A DNA stretch of 64,000 bases. It comes from Minisyncoccia bacterium (GTDB lineage: Bacteria; Patescibacteriota; Minisyncoccia; Phycocordibacterales; UBA918). Positions 49,427-58,758 of the stretch are shown in pieces. Numbering within the stretch: position 1 is the first letter of the stretch; every line of letters begins with the position of its first letter. The position numbers were made by a program, and so were the translations under genes. The stretch is taken from positions 69,702 to 133,701 of the forward strand of contig JBKJIT010000004.1 of assembly GCA_046598345.1 (NCBI GenBank), in the 5' to 3' direction. The notes below the pieces were generated by a model, which did no database searches, was not told the origin of the DNA, and saw only the letters and a list, made by a program, of their open reading frames with translations.

Positions 49427-49614
49427 AACTATTCAAAAACATGTTGATATTTGATTAATCGAGAACAGACGATTCATGATTATTTCATCGGAGTCGAGTA
49501 AACTACTTTAGTGTGATCGCACTGTCGAAAGAAGAATGGCGTACCTTCTCGTGAAACAAGCATTAATCGGAACATTATCAGAGCACAACGATTCCCTAAG
49601 ATTATGATTATTGT

Positions 49615-51123
49615 ATGCCTAAAACTCCTAAGAAAAAACTTGCCTCTAACCAGAAGCACTTAGACAAATGCCCCACTGGCATCAAAGGCTTAGACGAGGT
49701 TACCGAAGGCGGGTTTCCGAAAAATAGAACCACATTAATTTCCGGAGGTGCCGGCTCTGGAAAAACCCTTTTGGGGATTGATTTTCTTATCAAAGGTGCA
49801 AGCGATTTTAACGAGCCAGGCGTCTTCATGTCCTTTGAGGAGACACAAGATGACCTGTATAAAGATGTGGCTTCTCTAAGCCTTGATTTACCAGGACTTG
49901 TTTCACGAAAAAAGATTCTGATTGAGCATGTGATTCTCGATCGCAAAGATATTCGAGAGGGCGACTTCAATCTTGAGGGGATACTCGTTCGTCTGGAACA
50001 TGCCATTGATTCGATTGGAGCAAAACGCATTGTTTTAGATTCTATCGAATCTCCCTTTGCAAGCATCGCCGATGCCGGCATTCTTCGAATAGAGATCAAA
50101 AGACTTTTTAAGTGGCTTAAAGACAAACACGTTACAGCAATCGTTACTGGCGAGCCAGGACGAGGTGCGTATACTCGTCATGGCCTCGAGGAGTTCGTCT
50201 CCGACTGCATTATTCTGCTCGATAATAGAGTTAAAGAACAAATTGCTATCCGTAGACTTCGTATCGTCAAATATCGGGGTTCAAACCATGGAACAAACGA
50301 ATATCCATTCGTCATTGATCAATCGGGGCTTTCTGTAATTCCGATCACCTCAGCAGGACTTAATCAGCCGGGCATTGCCAAAAAAGTCTCAACAGGAATT
50401 CCATCGTTGGACAAAATGTTTAAGGGAAAACCCGGATATACCAAAGGCAGCACGATACTGGTTTCGGGCACTGCAGGCACAGGCAAAACAAGCCTGGCTG
50501 CTGCATTCGCACTAGCGAGCTGTAAACGGGGAGAGCGGTGTCTATTCTTGTCGTATGAAGAATCTTCCGGGCAACTCATACAAAACATGAGTTCTATAGG
50601 TATTCATTTTGAGCCCTGGGTAAAAAAAGGACTCTTAAAGATTGTCTCGGTGAGGCCTTCTTTTTTTGGCCTAGAGATGCACTTGCTTGATTTATACAAG
50701 CTTGTTGACAGTTTTAAACCAAAATCTGTCGTCATAGATCCTCTGACGAGTCTCATTGGAGAGGGGGACGAGCGTGAAATCAGATCTATGATCACTCGCA
50801 TGATTGACCTCTTAAAGTCGAAAGCCATCACTACGTTTTTCACATCTCTTGTTTCTGCATCACAGTATAATGACACGAGCGGTGAGATCGGCGTTTCTTC
50901 CCTAATAGACACGTGGATCGTAGTGAGAGAATTAGAAGAAGAAGTAGGAAAAAAACGTATTCGTGGAATCTTCATTGTGAAGTCTCGTGGCACTGGGCAT
51001 GAGAGTGACGTCCATAAGTTGATTTTGAGTGATGATGGAATTAGCATAATACCCATGGATCTTGCGAGCGCCAATGCGAAAAACAAGAATGACAAGAAGT
51101 TTACCCCTACCCCCCCCTCATGA
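49615..51123 (+). CDS. kaiC: Double-domain KaiC (KaiC2-like) ATPase
   Basis: Two Walker A motifs (GGAGSGKT, GTAGTGKT), FEE/YEE, KYRGS.H and KSRG..H, VSSLIDTWI phosphosite segment. Confidence 0.92.
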   Translation: MPKTPKKKLASNQKHLDKCPTGIKGLDEVTEGGFPKNRTTLISGGAGSGKTLLGIDFLIKGASDFNEPGVFMSFEETQDDLYKDVASLSLDLPGLVSRKKILIEHVILDRKDIREGDFNLEGILVRLEHAIDSIGAKRIVLDSIESPFASIADAGILRIEIKRLFKWLKDKHVTAIVTGEPGRGAYTRHGLEEFVSDCIILLDNRVKEQIAIRRLRIVKYRGSNHGTNEYPFVIDQSGLSVIPITSAGLNQPGIAKKVSTGIPSLDKMFKGKPGYTKGSTILVSGTAGTGKTSLAAAFALASCKRGERCLFLSYEESSGQLIQNMSSIGIHFEPWVKKGLLKIVSVRPSFFGLEMHLLDLYKLVDSFKPKSVVIDPLTSLIGEGDEREIRSMITRMIDLLKSKAITTFFTSLVSASQYNDTSGEIGVSSLIDTWIVVRELEEEVGKKRIRGIFIVKSRGTGHESDVHKLILSDDGISIIPMDLASANAKNKNDKKFTPTPPS

Positions 51124-51145
51124 GCAAGGAGTAATGTCGTAACAC

Positions 51146-51733
51146 ATGAAAACACTACGACCCAACTTCATTGTCGGTATTGGGGGCTCGGCCGGAGCTC
51201 TTAACGCATATAAGGCGCTCTTGGATGCCACGCCGCCCAAAACAGGGATGGCCTTAGTCATTATTTCTCATATGAATCCCGCCGCCAGCAGTGAGTTAGC
51301 GCACATTCTGTCGCGTCACACGAAAATGCCGGTCATGGTTGCTACCCAAGCGATGCCAGTCCGAAAGAATCACATCTACGTTATCGCCCCGAACTCGGAT
51401 ATTTACATTGAAAAATATACTTTCAAAGTCGTCTCCCCGCGCACAGAGAGGAATAAGCAAATAGATCTGTTTTTGACTTCGTTAGCAGAGGCTATGGGGG
51501 CACATGCTATCGGCGTTATCCTTTCGGGATTTGGTGGTGACGGTACGGAAGGATGCAAAAACATCAAAGCAAACAGGGGAACAACCTTTGCTCAGGACAA
51601 CTCGGCCGAAGTAGACGACATGCCGCTCAGTGCCCAGGCTTCAGGCTGTATTGATTTCGTTCTGCCACCTGACAAAATTTCAGTTGAACTACAAAAAATA
51701 GTAGGGACACACCTACGCGCCAACCGGGTTTAG
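51146..51733 (+). CDS. cheB: Stand-alone CheB-type methylesterase domain
   Basis: GGSAG, ISHM, LSG.G.DG, MP.SA; no receiver domain. Confidence 0.88.
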   Translation: MKTLRPNFIVGIGGSAGALNAYKALLDATPPKTGMALVIISHMNPAASSELAHILSRHTKMPVMVATQAMPVRKNHIYVIAPNSDIYIEKYTFKVVSPRTERNKQIDLFLTSLAEAMGAHAIGVILSGFGGDGTEGCKNIKANRGTTFAQDNSAEVDDMPLSAQASGCIDFVLPPDKISVELQKIVGTHLRANRV

Positions 51734-52105
51734 CGTGCCCGTACCCAAATGCTTTCCGACTGTAGTTAGCATATCCTGCATGGTATACGGCTTTTCCATA
51801 AAACCGTTTGCACCCGCTTCAAGTGCTGAGGCAGATGCATCAGGGTATGCCGAAATCATGATGATGGGAATATGTTTTGTGACTTGACGTGTTTTCAAAT
51901 GCCTGCAAACGTCAAGTCCGTTTACTCCTGCCATCCAGATGTCGAGGAGAATGAGATCGGGAAACGGGGCGTTTATTTTTTTGACCTCTTCTCCATTCAT
52001 GATCGAAGTTACTTCATACCCGCCATATTGAAGGACCATGGTAAGAGAAGCGACAATACCGTCATTGTCATCTGCCACTAAAACTTTTTTCTTTTGTTTA
52101 GCCAT
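51713..52105 (-). CDS. Single-domain response regulator
   Basis: VADD, PDLILLD..M....G, ISA, KPY. Confidence 0.92.
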   Translation of the reverse strand: MAKQKKKVLVADDNDGIVASLTMVLQYGGYEVTSIMNGEEVKKINAPFPDLILLDIWMAGVNGLDVCRHLKTRQVTKHIPIIMISAYPDASASALEAGANGFMEKPYTMQDMLTTVGKHLGTGTLNPVGA

Positions 52106-52147
52106 ATTGACCTTTTCATCTATTCAACAGAGGTGTTCATGTAGATG

Positions 52148-55100
52148 TCATGAATTTGCAGTGGCCTTACGTTTTGTTAGCTGTGGGAGGGGAAGTGTAA
52201 AGGTGAATGTAGAACCTTTACCTAAGATACTTTCGACCAGTATCTTGCCCTCGTGTTTCTCGATGATCTGGGCCGCAATAAATAATCCGAGCCCGAATCC
52301 TTCTGCTTTTTCACTCTTTGCAAAGCCGTTCTTTTCTTTTCCTCGGTAAAAGCGCTCAAAGATCGTTTTATGATCTGCCTTTTCAATCCCCAAGCCGAAG
52401 TCCTGAATGCTTACCACTGCATCTCCCGCATGTTCGCCCACGTGTACAATTACTTTTTTTCCGACAGGCGAATATTTGATTGCATTCGTGAGTAAGTTTA
52501 TCACCACCTGCTCAATGCGACTTGCATCAGCTACGACATGTCGTTTTACTCTGCCTTCTAGCGTAATCGTATGGTGCAGCGTGGTTTCCTTGATCGCACT
52601 TACAGTGCGTTCCATGAGTTTGTTGAGATCAAACTCTTCTTTATTAATTAAAAATTTTCCTGCTTGCATTTGGCTGAAACTCAGTAGATCACCGACCAAG
52701 TTCGTAAGCCTATCGCTCTGAGTGATGATGTGCTCAAGAATGACTGCGCTCTCTTTCTTTACGCTGCCTGAGAGCTTTTTTTGCAAAAGCTCGGTAAATG
52801 TCTTGATAGTTGTGACGGGCGTCTTTATTTCATGCGAGGCAATACCGATAAACTCCTCTTTCTGTTGCTCAAGTTCTTTGCGTCCGGTGATGTCGACAAA
52901 ACAATTAATCGCTCCGGTTATTTCTTCTTTTTCATTTTTAATTGGACGAATATTGATGATGACAGTGACCCGCGAACCATCGGGGCGCGCAATCTGAACT
53001 TCCAGATCACGTGCCTCGGGAATCTTGCCAGATAACACCTCGGCCATCGGAGTTACCTCGTGGGGCATGAACGTGCCGTCGGAGCGGTACAATTTGAACG
53101 AACCCCAGAAGCGCTCGTCGGTATCGCCACGCTGCGGGCTGCGGCCCCACAATTCCGTAGCATTGTGGTTGAAATCCCGAATCACGCCGTTTGCATCGCA
53201 GGAATAGAGCGCGATGGGGCCTAAGTCGAATAAAATGCGGTAGCGCTCTTCATTCTCTATAATTTTTTGATGAGCGAGAGCTTGTTCGGTTATATCCTCA
53301 ATGGCAAGTAGAATAAGCCCCGTTTTCCCTGCATCTTGAATCAGTTTGCGAGCATTCAAAAGGAGTACCTTGTGACCAATTGAGGGAAAGGTGTGCTCAA
53401 TCTCAAAGTTTTCCAATTTCGTATTTTTGGGTAGGATCTCCGTCAAAAGTGTGCGTAATTTTGGAATGTCCCACTGCCCATTGCCCAATTCGTAGAGGAA
53501 ATTTCCTTCCGTTTGCTCCTTTGATACCTGGAATGTCCGAAAAAAAGATTCATTCGCGCTTCTCACTCGCAAGTCGCTGTTGATGACGATTAACGACCCT
53601 CGCACCGTTTCAATAATCGCCTCAGTATATGCGCGGGACTCGTTCAGTTGCTCATTGCGTGTTTGCAGCTCTTGATTAATCGTGTTGAGCTCTTCGTTGG
53701 TTGACTCAAGTTCTTCACCGGACGTTTCCAATTCCTCATTGATACTCTGCAGCTCTTCGTTGCTTGAAAGGATTTCCTCGTTTGCAGATTGCAGCTCCTC
53801 AACTGCAGCTTCCTGTTCTTCCGCGAGGGATCGCTCGTTGTCACGTACCTGAGCAAGTTCTTTCTCGAGCACAGCGCTCCTACGGCTCTCCGTCTTCGAC
53901 CTACGAACGTTAGAGGCAGTCTGGCGGAGTGGAGAGTCCGCGGTATCGACTCTCTCTGGAGCCGTATGAAATATAACTAGGAAATGACGCTCTGCAGAAG
54001 TTTTATTTAAAGGAATCACTTCAATCGAGATGGCGTGTGCATGTGTTTCTGTCAGCAGCGTAACTTCTCTTTTAATAGAAAGACTGGTCCTTTTTGCTTT
54101 TAGAATTGCGCCGCGAAGCTCGGATATCAACCCTGCTCGCGCTACTTTTAAAAGATTGAATGTCGCTTTTCCCGTTGGAAATTGGAGATATTCCCCCGTG
54201 TCGCCTCGGAACTGCAGGATCTCATACTCGGCGTTAACCAGAACGCTCGCCGGCGCAAAGCGCCCGACCAGAATGGCATCAGCCTCATCTTGAATTCCAA
54301 TCGTCCGTGCAAGGGGAGTAGTCTCTCGGCTTGAGGGAGTGCGCTGTCGGCCCATCGCGCGCTCCTCGCGCGGAATAACGTCGGGTAATACTTTTCTCGT
54401 CCCAGTTTTTTTTGTGAAGACTTTACTTTTTTTCACAACCGGAATGAAGAGCTTTGGCGTCACCCCCACTGATTCTGATTTTCCTAGGATCAATACTCCC
54501 TCGCTCACAAGTGCATAATGAAGAGCCGACAAAATCCTATACTGCAAGCTCGTGTCCATATAGATAAGAACATTGCAGCAACTAACGATATCAATCCGCG
54601 AAAACGGCGGATCTTTCAGCAGATTGTGCAATGAAAAAACGCACATATCCCGTACATCCCTTCGTATTTGATATGCGCCATTTGTTTCGACGAAGTACCG
54701 CTCGAGACGTTGCGGTGACACGCCAATCACATCGCTTTTCGTGTATGTTCCGTGACGAGCCTTCGCAATTGCGACTTGGGCCAAATCAGTGCCAAATATT
54801 TGTAGAGGGATAGAGAGCGATTTGCTACTCATGAAGTCCAAAACAGTGATAGCAAGTGAATAGACCTCTTCTCCAGTTGCGCATCCCGCCACCCAGATGC
54901 GCAGAGGTTCTTTAGCGGTCTTGGCTTTAATCAGCTTCGGGAGAAGCTTTTGAGTTAAGGTGTTCAATGCAACTGGGTCTCGGAAGAAATCAGTAACATG
55001 TATGAGAATATCATTAAAGAGCGCGTCAGCTTCGGTGCCATTTCCCCGCAGAAAATTGAGGTAGTCTGCTGCAGTTTCCATCTTATTGATGATCATCCTG

Positions 55101-55891
55101 CGAGTGATACGTCGCGTCAGAGTTGTCTCTTTATAGTGGCTGAAGTCCACGCCGGTAGCCCGCAGAAGCTCCGCGATAATCCGCCGGTAATCGTCGAGTT
55201 TATGCAACTCTGTTTTAGAAAGTTCCGAATCACCCATCGTTACAAGCGGATGCTCGCTGAGGAGAGCGAGCTCTTCCGCTATTCTTTGCGGGGACAGCAC
55301 ATAATCAACGACGCTCGCTGAAATGGCAGATTGCGGCATGCTCTGATATTTTGCCGTAGTATCTTGCGCGAACGTGAGTCCGCCAGCCTCTTTTATCGCT
55401 CGCAGTCCTACCGTGCCATCGCTCGCAGTCCCCGAGAGCACAACTCCGATAGCTTTCTCCTGCCTTTCACTGACGAGCGAGATAAAAAAGTCATCGATGG
55501 GCATATTGAGCAATCCTTTTTCTTTCGGACGTGACAAGAGCATAAGCCTTTCTCCCTTGAGGGTCATGCACTTACCCGGCGGAATAACATAAATATGATC
55601 CGATGTAACGAGCGTTCCATTTTTCACTTCTGTGACAGGAATCTGAGTAAATCGTGCGAGTAACTCCACAAGCATACTTTTGTGGAGTGGGTCCAAATGT
55701 TGTATGAGGACATACGCCATGCCGGTTTTGAGCGGCAGAGATTCAATAAGGTTGCCAAATGCCTCGAGCCCACCCGCCGAAGCTCCTATACCAACAATGG
55801 GAACCGGTTGTAGGGTTTGTGTTTTCCTGCTACGCCGTACAAGAGCAGGTCTTTTTTTGCTTTTCTTGTCTAGCATACTCCTCGGTTTCAT
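52148..55891 (-). CDS. CheB-CheR-PAS-PAS histidine kinase fusion
   Basis: GASAGGL, FFRD, W.AGCATGEE.YS, C.NVLIY, EELQS.NEEL coil, SHEIKTP, G.GLGL; TACAAT-N7-ATG start. Confidence 0.93.
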   Translation of the reverse strand: MKPRSMLDKKSKKRPALVRRSRKTQTLQPVPIVGIGASAGGLEAFGNLIESLPLKTGMAYVLIQHLDPLHKSMLVELLARFTQIPVTEVKNGTLVTSDHIYVIPPGKCMTLKGERLMLLSRPKEKGLLNMPIDDFFISLVSERQEKAIGVVLSGTASDGTVGLRAIKEAGGLTFAQDTTAKYQSMPQSAISASVVDYVLSPQRIAEELALLSEHPLVTMGDSELSKTELHKLDDYRRIIAELLRATGVDFSHYKETTLTRRITRRMIINKMETAADYLNFLRGNGTEADALFNDILIHVTDFFRDPVALNTLTQKLLPKLIKAKTAKEPLRIWVAGCATGEEVYSLAITVLDFMSSKSLSIPLQIFGTDLAQVAIAKARHGTYTKSDVIGVSPQRLERYFVETNGAYQIRRDVRDMCVFSLHNLLKDPPFSRIDIVSCCNVLIYMDTSLQYRILSALHYALVSEGVLILGKSESVGVTPKLFIPVVKKSKVFTKKTGTRKVLPDVIPREERAMGRQRTPSSRETTPLARTIGIQDEADAILVGRFAPASVLVNAEYEILQFRGDTGEYLQFPTGKATFNLLKVARAGLISELRGAILKAKRTSLSIKREVTLLTETHAHAISIEVIPLNKTSAERHFLVIFHTAPERVDTADSPLRQTASNVRRSKTESRRSAVLEKELAQVRDNERSLAEEQEAAVEELQSANEEILSSNEELQSINEELETSGEELESTNEELNTINQELQTRNEQLNESRAYTEAIIETVRGSLIVINSDLRVRSANESFFRTFQVSKEQTEGNFLYELGNGQWDIPKLRTLLTEILPKNTKLENFEIEHTFPSIGHKVLLLNARKLIQDAGKTGLILLAIEDITEQALAHQKIIENEERYRILFDLGPIALYSCDANGVIRDFNHNATELWGRSPQRGDTDERFWGSFKLYRSDGTFMPHEVTPMAEVLSGKIPEARDLEVQIARPDGSRVTVIINIRPIKNEKEEITGAINCFVDITGRKELEQQKEEFIGIASHEIKTPVTTIKTFTELLQKKLSGSVKKESAVILEHIITQSDRLTNLVGDLLSFSQMQAGKFLINKEEFDLNKLMERTVSAIKETTLHHTITLEGRVKRHVVADASRIEQVVINLLTNAIKYSPVGKKVIVHVGEHAGDAVVSIQDFGLGIEKADHKTIFERFYRGKEKNGFAKSEKAEGFGLGLFIAAQIIEKHEGKILVESILGKGSTFTFTLPLPQLTKRKATANS

Positions 55892-55976
55892 ACCACCCAT
55901 TGTACGCGCGCCCGTGGAAATAGATAGGGTTTATTTTAAGCTAATTCGAGCCGTACACGGGCATGCTTGGAGAACC

Positions 55977-56086
55977 TAGCTCCATAGGTCAGCCCTATGA
56001 CAACAGAAAAAATTAATACGTCAAGATTTGTTAGCTCCATAGGTCAGCCCTATGACAACAGAAAAAATTAATACGTCAAGATTTGT
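55977..56086 (+). repeat. Two identical tandem 55-bp units containing the 27-bp site (copies 2 and 3)
   Basis: TAGCTCCATAGGTCAGCCCTATGACAACAGAAAAAATTAATACGTCAAGATTTGT x2. Confidence 0.95.
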
Positions 56087-56743
56087 GACCTCCCGGAAAA
56101 TCGGGGTCAAGTTCCTAAGCTCGTTGCGACTCGCTAAGAACTTTCTCCCCGGTCTCCCTCGAGTAGGCTCTCAGTCCGACTTTCGATTCTCCTGGACTAA
56201 AATAGTAAAACCCCGCACAAGGCGAGGCTTTACTATTTCAGTGACCCAATAGCGTGGCTTTCAGAACTTTATAAGGACCAACAATATATCAAATCGAGTA
56301 TTCAGTTATTAAGCGATTTTGTATCTTAATGATGTGTGACTATAGAGAGTTATATGCCTCAACTTGATTATCATATTCAAACTTCACCATCTGAAAGTTC
56401 ATACCCCACTTATTTTTTGCTTTTACCATAATGTTTGGGTGCGCTGTTTGAGCCATTACCCAATCATATGCCTCAACTTGATTATCATATTCAAACTTCA
56501 CCATCTGGTAGTTGTCACCCCATTTTTGTAGCTCCATAGGTCAGCCCTATGACAACAGATAAATTTAATACGTCAAGTTTTGTGACCTCACGGAGAATCG
56601 GGGTCAAGTTCCTAAGCTCGTTGCGACTAGCTAAGAACTTTCTCCCCGGTCTCCCTCGAGAAGGCTCTCAGTCCGACTTTCGATTCTCCTAGACTAAAAT
56701 AGTAAAACCCCGCACAAGGCGAGGCTTTACTATTTCAGTGACC
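56032..56743 (+). repeat. 215-bp near-identical direct repeat (56032-56246 and 56529-56743) carrying tRNA-Glu 3'-end copies
   Basis: Offset 497 bp; GTGACCTCACGGAGAATCG at 56582 matches the tRNA 19/19, the copy at 56085 matches 17/19. Confidence 0.92.
56340..56537 (-). pseudogene. Probable C-terminal gene fragment with an internal repeat, fused to the ATG of the 27-bp site
   Basis: KWG.N.QMVKFEYDNQVEAY occurs twice; the first three codons come from the repeat unit. Confidence 0.55.
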
Positions 56744-56810
56744 TCACGGAGAATCGAACTCCGATTTGCTGGATGAGAACCAGCTGTCCTAACCGTTAGA
56801 CGATGAGGCC
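56739..56810 (-). tRNA. tRNA-Glu (CTC), CCA not encoded
   Basis: GGCCTCA acceptor, TCGTCTAACGGTTAGGAC D-arm, GCTGG-TTCTCAT-CCAGC, GGAGTTCGATTCTCC T-arm. Confidence 0.96.
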
Positions 56811-57069
56811 GTATATTTGATTTTCACTAAACCGCAAGTTTATAAGAATGAGTGAGAAGTGATTTTATATCACTTCGCAAGACTTTGACAGATATTTTGT
56901 TAAAAATATCTGTCAAAGTGGACAGTCGCTGTAAGCGATCGTAAAAGAGTATCCCACACTCTTTTACTCCCATCCGTTGACGATCATGCCGACTTGATTT
57001 GAACGGCATAGTTATACCAGATTTACTCTCTTTATTAAAGAGAGGATGGACTCCTGTATACTAGAGGAC

Positions 57070-58758
57070 ATGACACAGAAACAGGCGCTTGAGATACTTA
57101 AAACGGGAGCAAATGTGTTCCTAACCGGAGAACCCGGAGCAGGAAAGACGTATGTTCTGAACGAGTACATCGAGTGGCTCATGGACCACGACATCAGTGT
57201 GGCCATTACCGCATCGACCGGAATCGCAGCGACGCATATTGGCGGTATGACTATCCACTCGTGGAGTGGTATTGGCGCGAGAGACACCTTGAATCAGTAC
57301 GACTTAGACGCAATCATCAGCAAAGAAAAAACCATGAAGCGTCTTCAGAAGGCGAAGGTCTTGGTGATTGATGAAATCTCCATGCTCGATGGGAGGGTGC
57401 TCGATATGGTCGAAACAGTGTGCCGGGTTGGCCGGGGAAATGGAGATTCGTTTGGTGGACTCCAAATCATTCTCGTTGGGGATTTTTTTCAGCTGCCACC
57501 AATCGCAGGGAGGGGAGAGATGTCTCGTTTTGCGTTTGAGTCACGCTCGTGGGAAAGTGCAAAATTCCTCACGAGTTATCTCACAGAGCAGCATCGCCAA
57601 GAAGACGATCTCCTCCTTGGGCTTCTGTCGTCCATCCGCAAAAATGACGTTGAGGAATCTCACTACACACTCCTTTCTGAGCAAACAGAAATTGGGTTTC
57701 CTGATATCGAACCTACGAAGCTCTACACGCACAACAGCGATGTCGATGCGGTCAATTTAGAAAAACTGCGAGGGCTCACCACTTCTGGTGCAACATTCAA
57801 AATGGCTGCACGAGGGAATAAGCAGCTCCTCGTTGGACTCGTAAAGAATTGCCTCTCACCCGAAGTACTCGAACTCAGAAAGGATGCGATGGTGATGTGT
57901 ACGAAGAATAATTTTGAGGTTGGGTATGTAAACGGAACACTCGGTCGTGTCACCGCTTTTGACAAGGAAGACGGGTACCCAATTATCGAGACGAGTGACG
58001 GACGTTCGCTTAAGATTTTACCGACTACGTGGACTATCGGAGAAGATGGAAAGCTTCTCGCTGAGATTTCTCAGGTACCACTTCGTCTTGCGTGGGCTAT
58101 CACGATACATAAGAGTCAGGGAATGTCGCTCGACGCTGCTGAAATTGATCTTCGGAATGCGTTCACGTACGGGCAAGGCTACGTTGCGTTATCACGTGTA
58201 CGCACACTTACGGGGATGAAAGTGCTCGGTCTTAACTCCCAAGCGCTTCTTGTGGATCCTCGGGTCGTGCATCGTGACGCGCGCTTCCGCGAGGAGTCAG
58301 AAGATGGTGAGTCTGCGTTCAATGAAATGGAAGAAGGCGAGATCGAGGGTATGCAAAAGAGCTTTGTACTTGCAACTGGTGGCACATGGGAAGTTGAAGA
58401 GAGAAAGGAGCGTGGGAATCGTGCTGTTTCCTCTCGCCTTGAAAAAGAAAACACCTTTCTTACCACTAAAGCCCTCATTGAAAAGAGACTTACTCCTGAG
58501 GCTATTGCACGCGAGCGAAAAATGGCACTTTCCACTATTTGGTCACACATCGAAAAGCTTTCCGACGAAGGGGCAATTTCAAAAGACGACCTTCAGGGTC
58601 TCATTCCATCAAACATTTCGTGGCCCGCGATTTACCCAGACATCGCCTCCGCATTTCTGAAACACGGCACAGAAAAACTTAAGCCAGTCTATGAAGAGCT
58701 CAAGGAGGCGTATGATTATGATTTAATTCGCCTTGGACGTATTCTCTACAAGAAATAA
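57070..58758 (+). CDS. Pif1/RecD-like SF1B helicase with C-terminal HTH
   Basis: TGEPGAGKT, ASTG.AA, IDEISM, GDFFQLPP, AWAITIHKSQG, GQ.YVALSR. Confidence 0.9.
   Translation: MTQKQALEILKTGANVFLTGEPGAGKTYVLNEYIEWLMDHDISVAITASTGIAATHIGGMTIHSWSGIGARDTLNQYDLDAIISKEKTMKRLQKAKVLVIDEISMLDGRVLDMVETVCRVGRGNGDSFGGLQIILVGDFFQLPPIAGRGEMSRFAFESRSWESAKFLTSYLTEQHRQEDDLLLGLLSSIRKNDVEESHYTLLSEQTEIGFPDIEPTKLYTHNSDVDAVNLEKLRGLTTSGATFKMAARGNKQLLVGLVKNCLSPEVLELRKDAMVMCTKNNFEVGYVNGTLGRVTAFDKEDGYPIIETSDGRSLKILPTTWTIGEDGKLLAEISQVPLRLAWAITIHKSQGMSLDAAEIDLRNAFTYGQGYVALSRVRTLTGMKVLGLNSQALLVDPRVVHRDARFREESEDGESAFNEMEEGEIEGMQKSFVLATGGTWEVEERKERGNRAVSSRLEKENTFLTTKALIEKRLTPEAIARERKMALSTIWSHIEKLSDEGAISKDDLQGLIPSNISWPAIYPDIASAFLKHGTEKLKPVYEELKEAYDYDLIRLGRILYKK

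Noticed and set aside
3519-51123. LOV plus KaiC as a light-entrained circadian clock
   Set aside because: The genes are 46 kb apart in separate accessory blocks, kaiA and kaiB are absent, and nothing in the sequence links them.
55977-56580. CRISPR array from the repeated 27-bp palindromic unit
   Set aside because: The intervening sequence is identical rather than unique, spacing is irregular (55, 497 and about 7900 bp), and there are no cas genes.
56600-56700. Hammerhead ribozyme (CTGAGAG and CGAAAG on the minus strand)
   Set aside because: The motifs are too close together to form stems I and III, and the CUGANGA core is incomplete.
47400-57000. Prophage or integrative element with its own integrase
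   Set aside because: No recombinase, transposase or phage structural gene is recognisable in the window.
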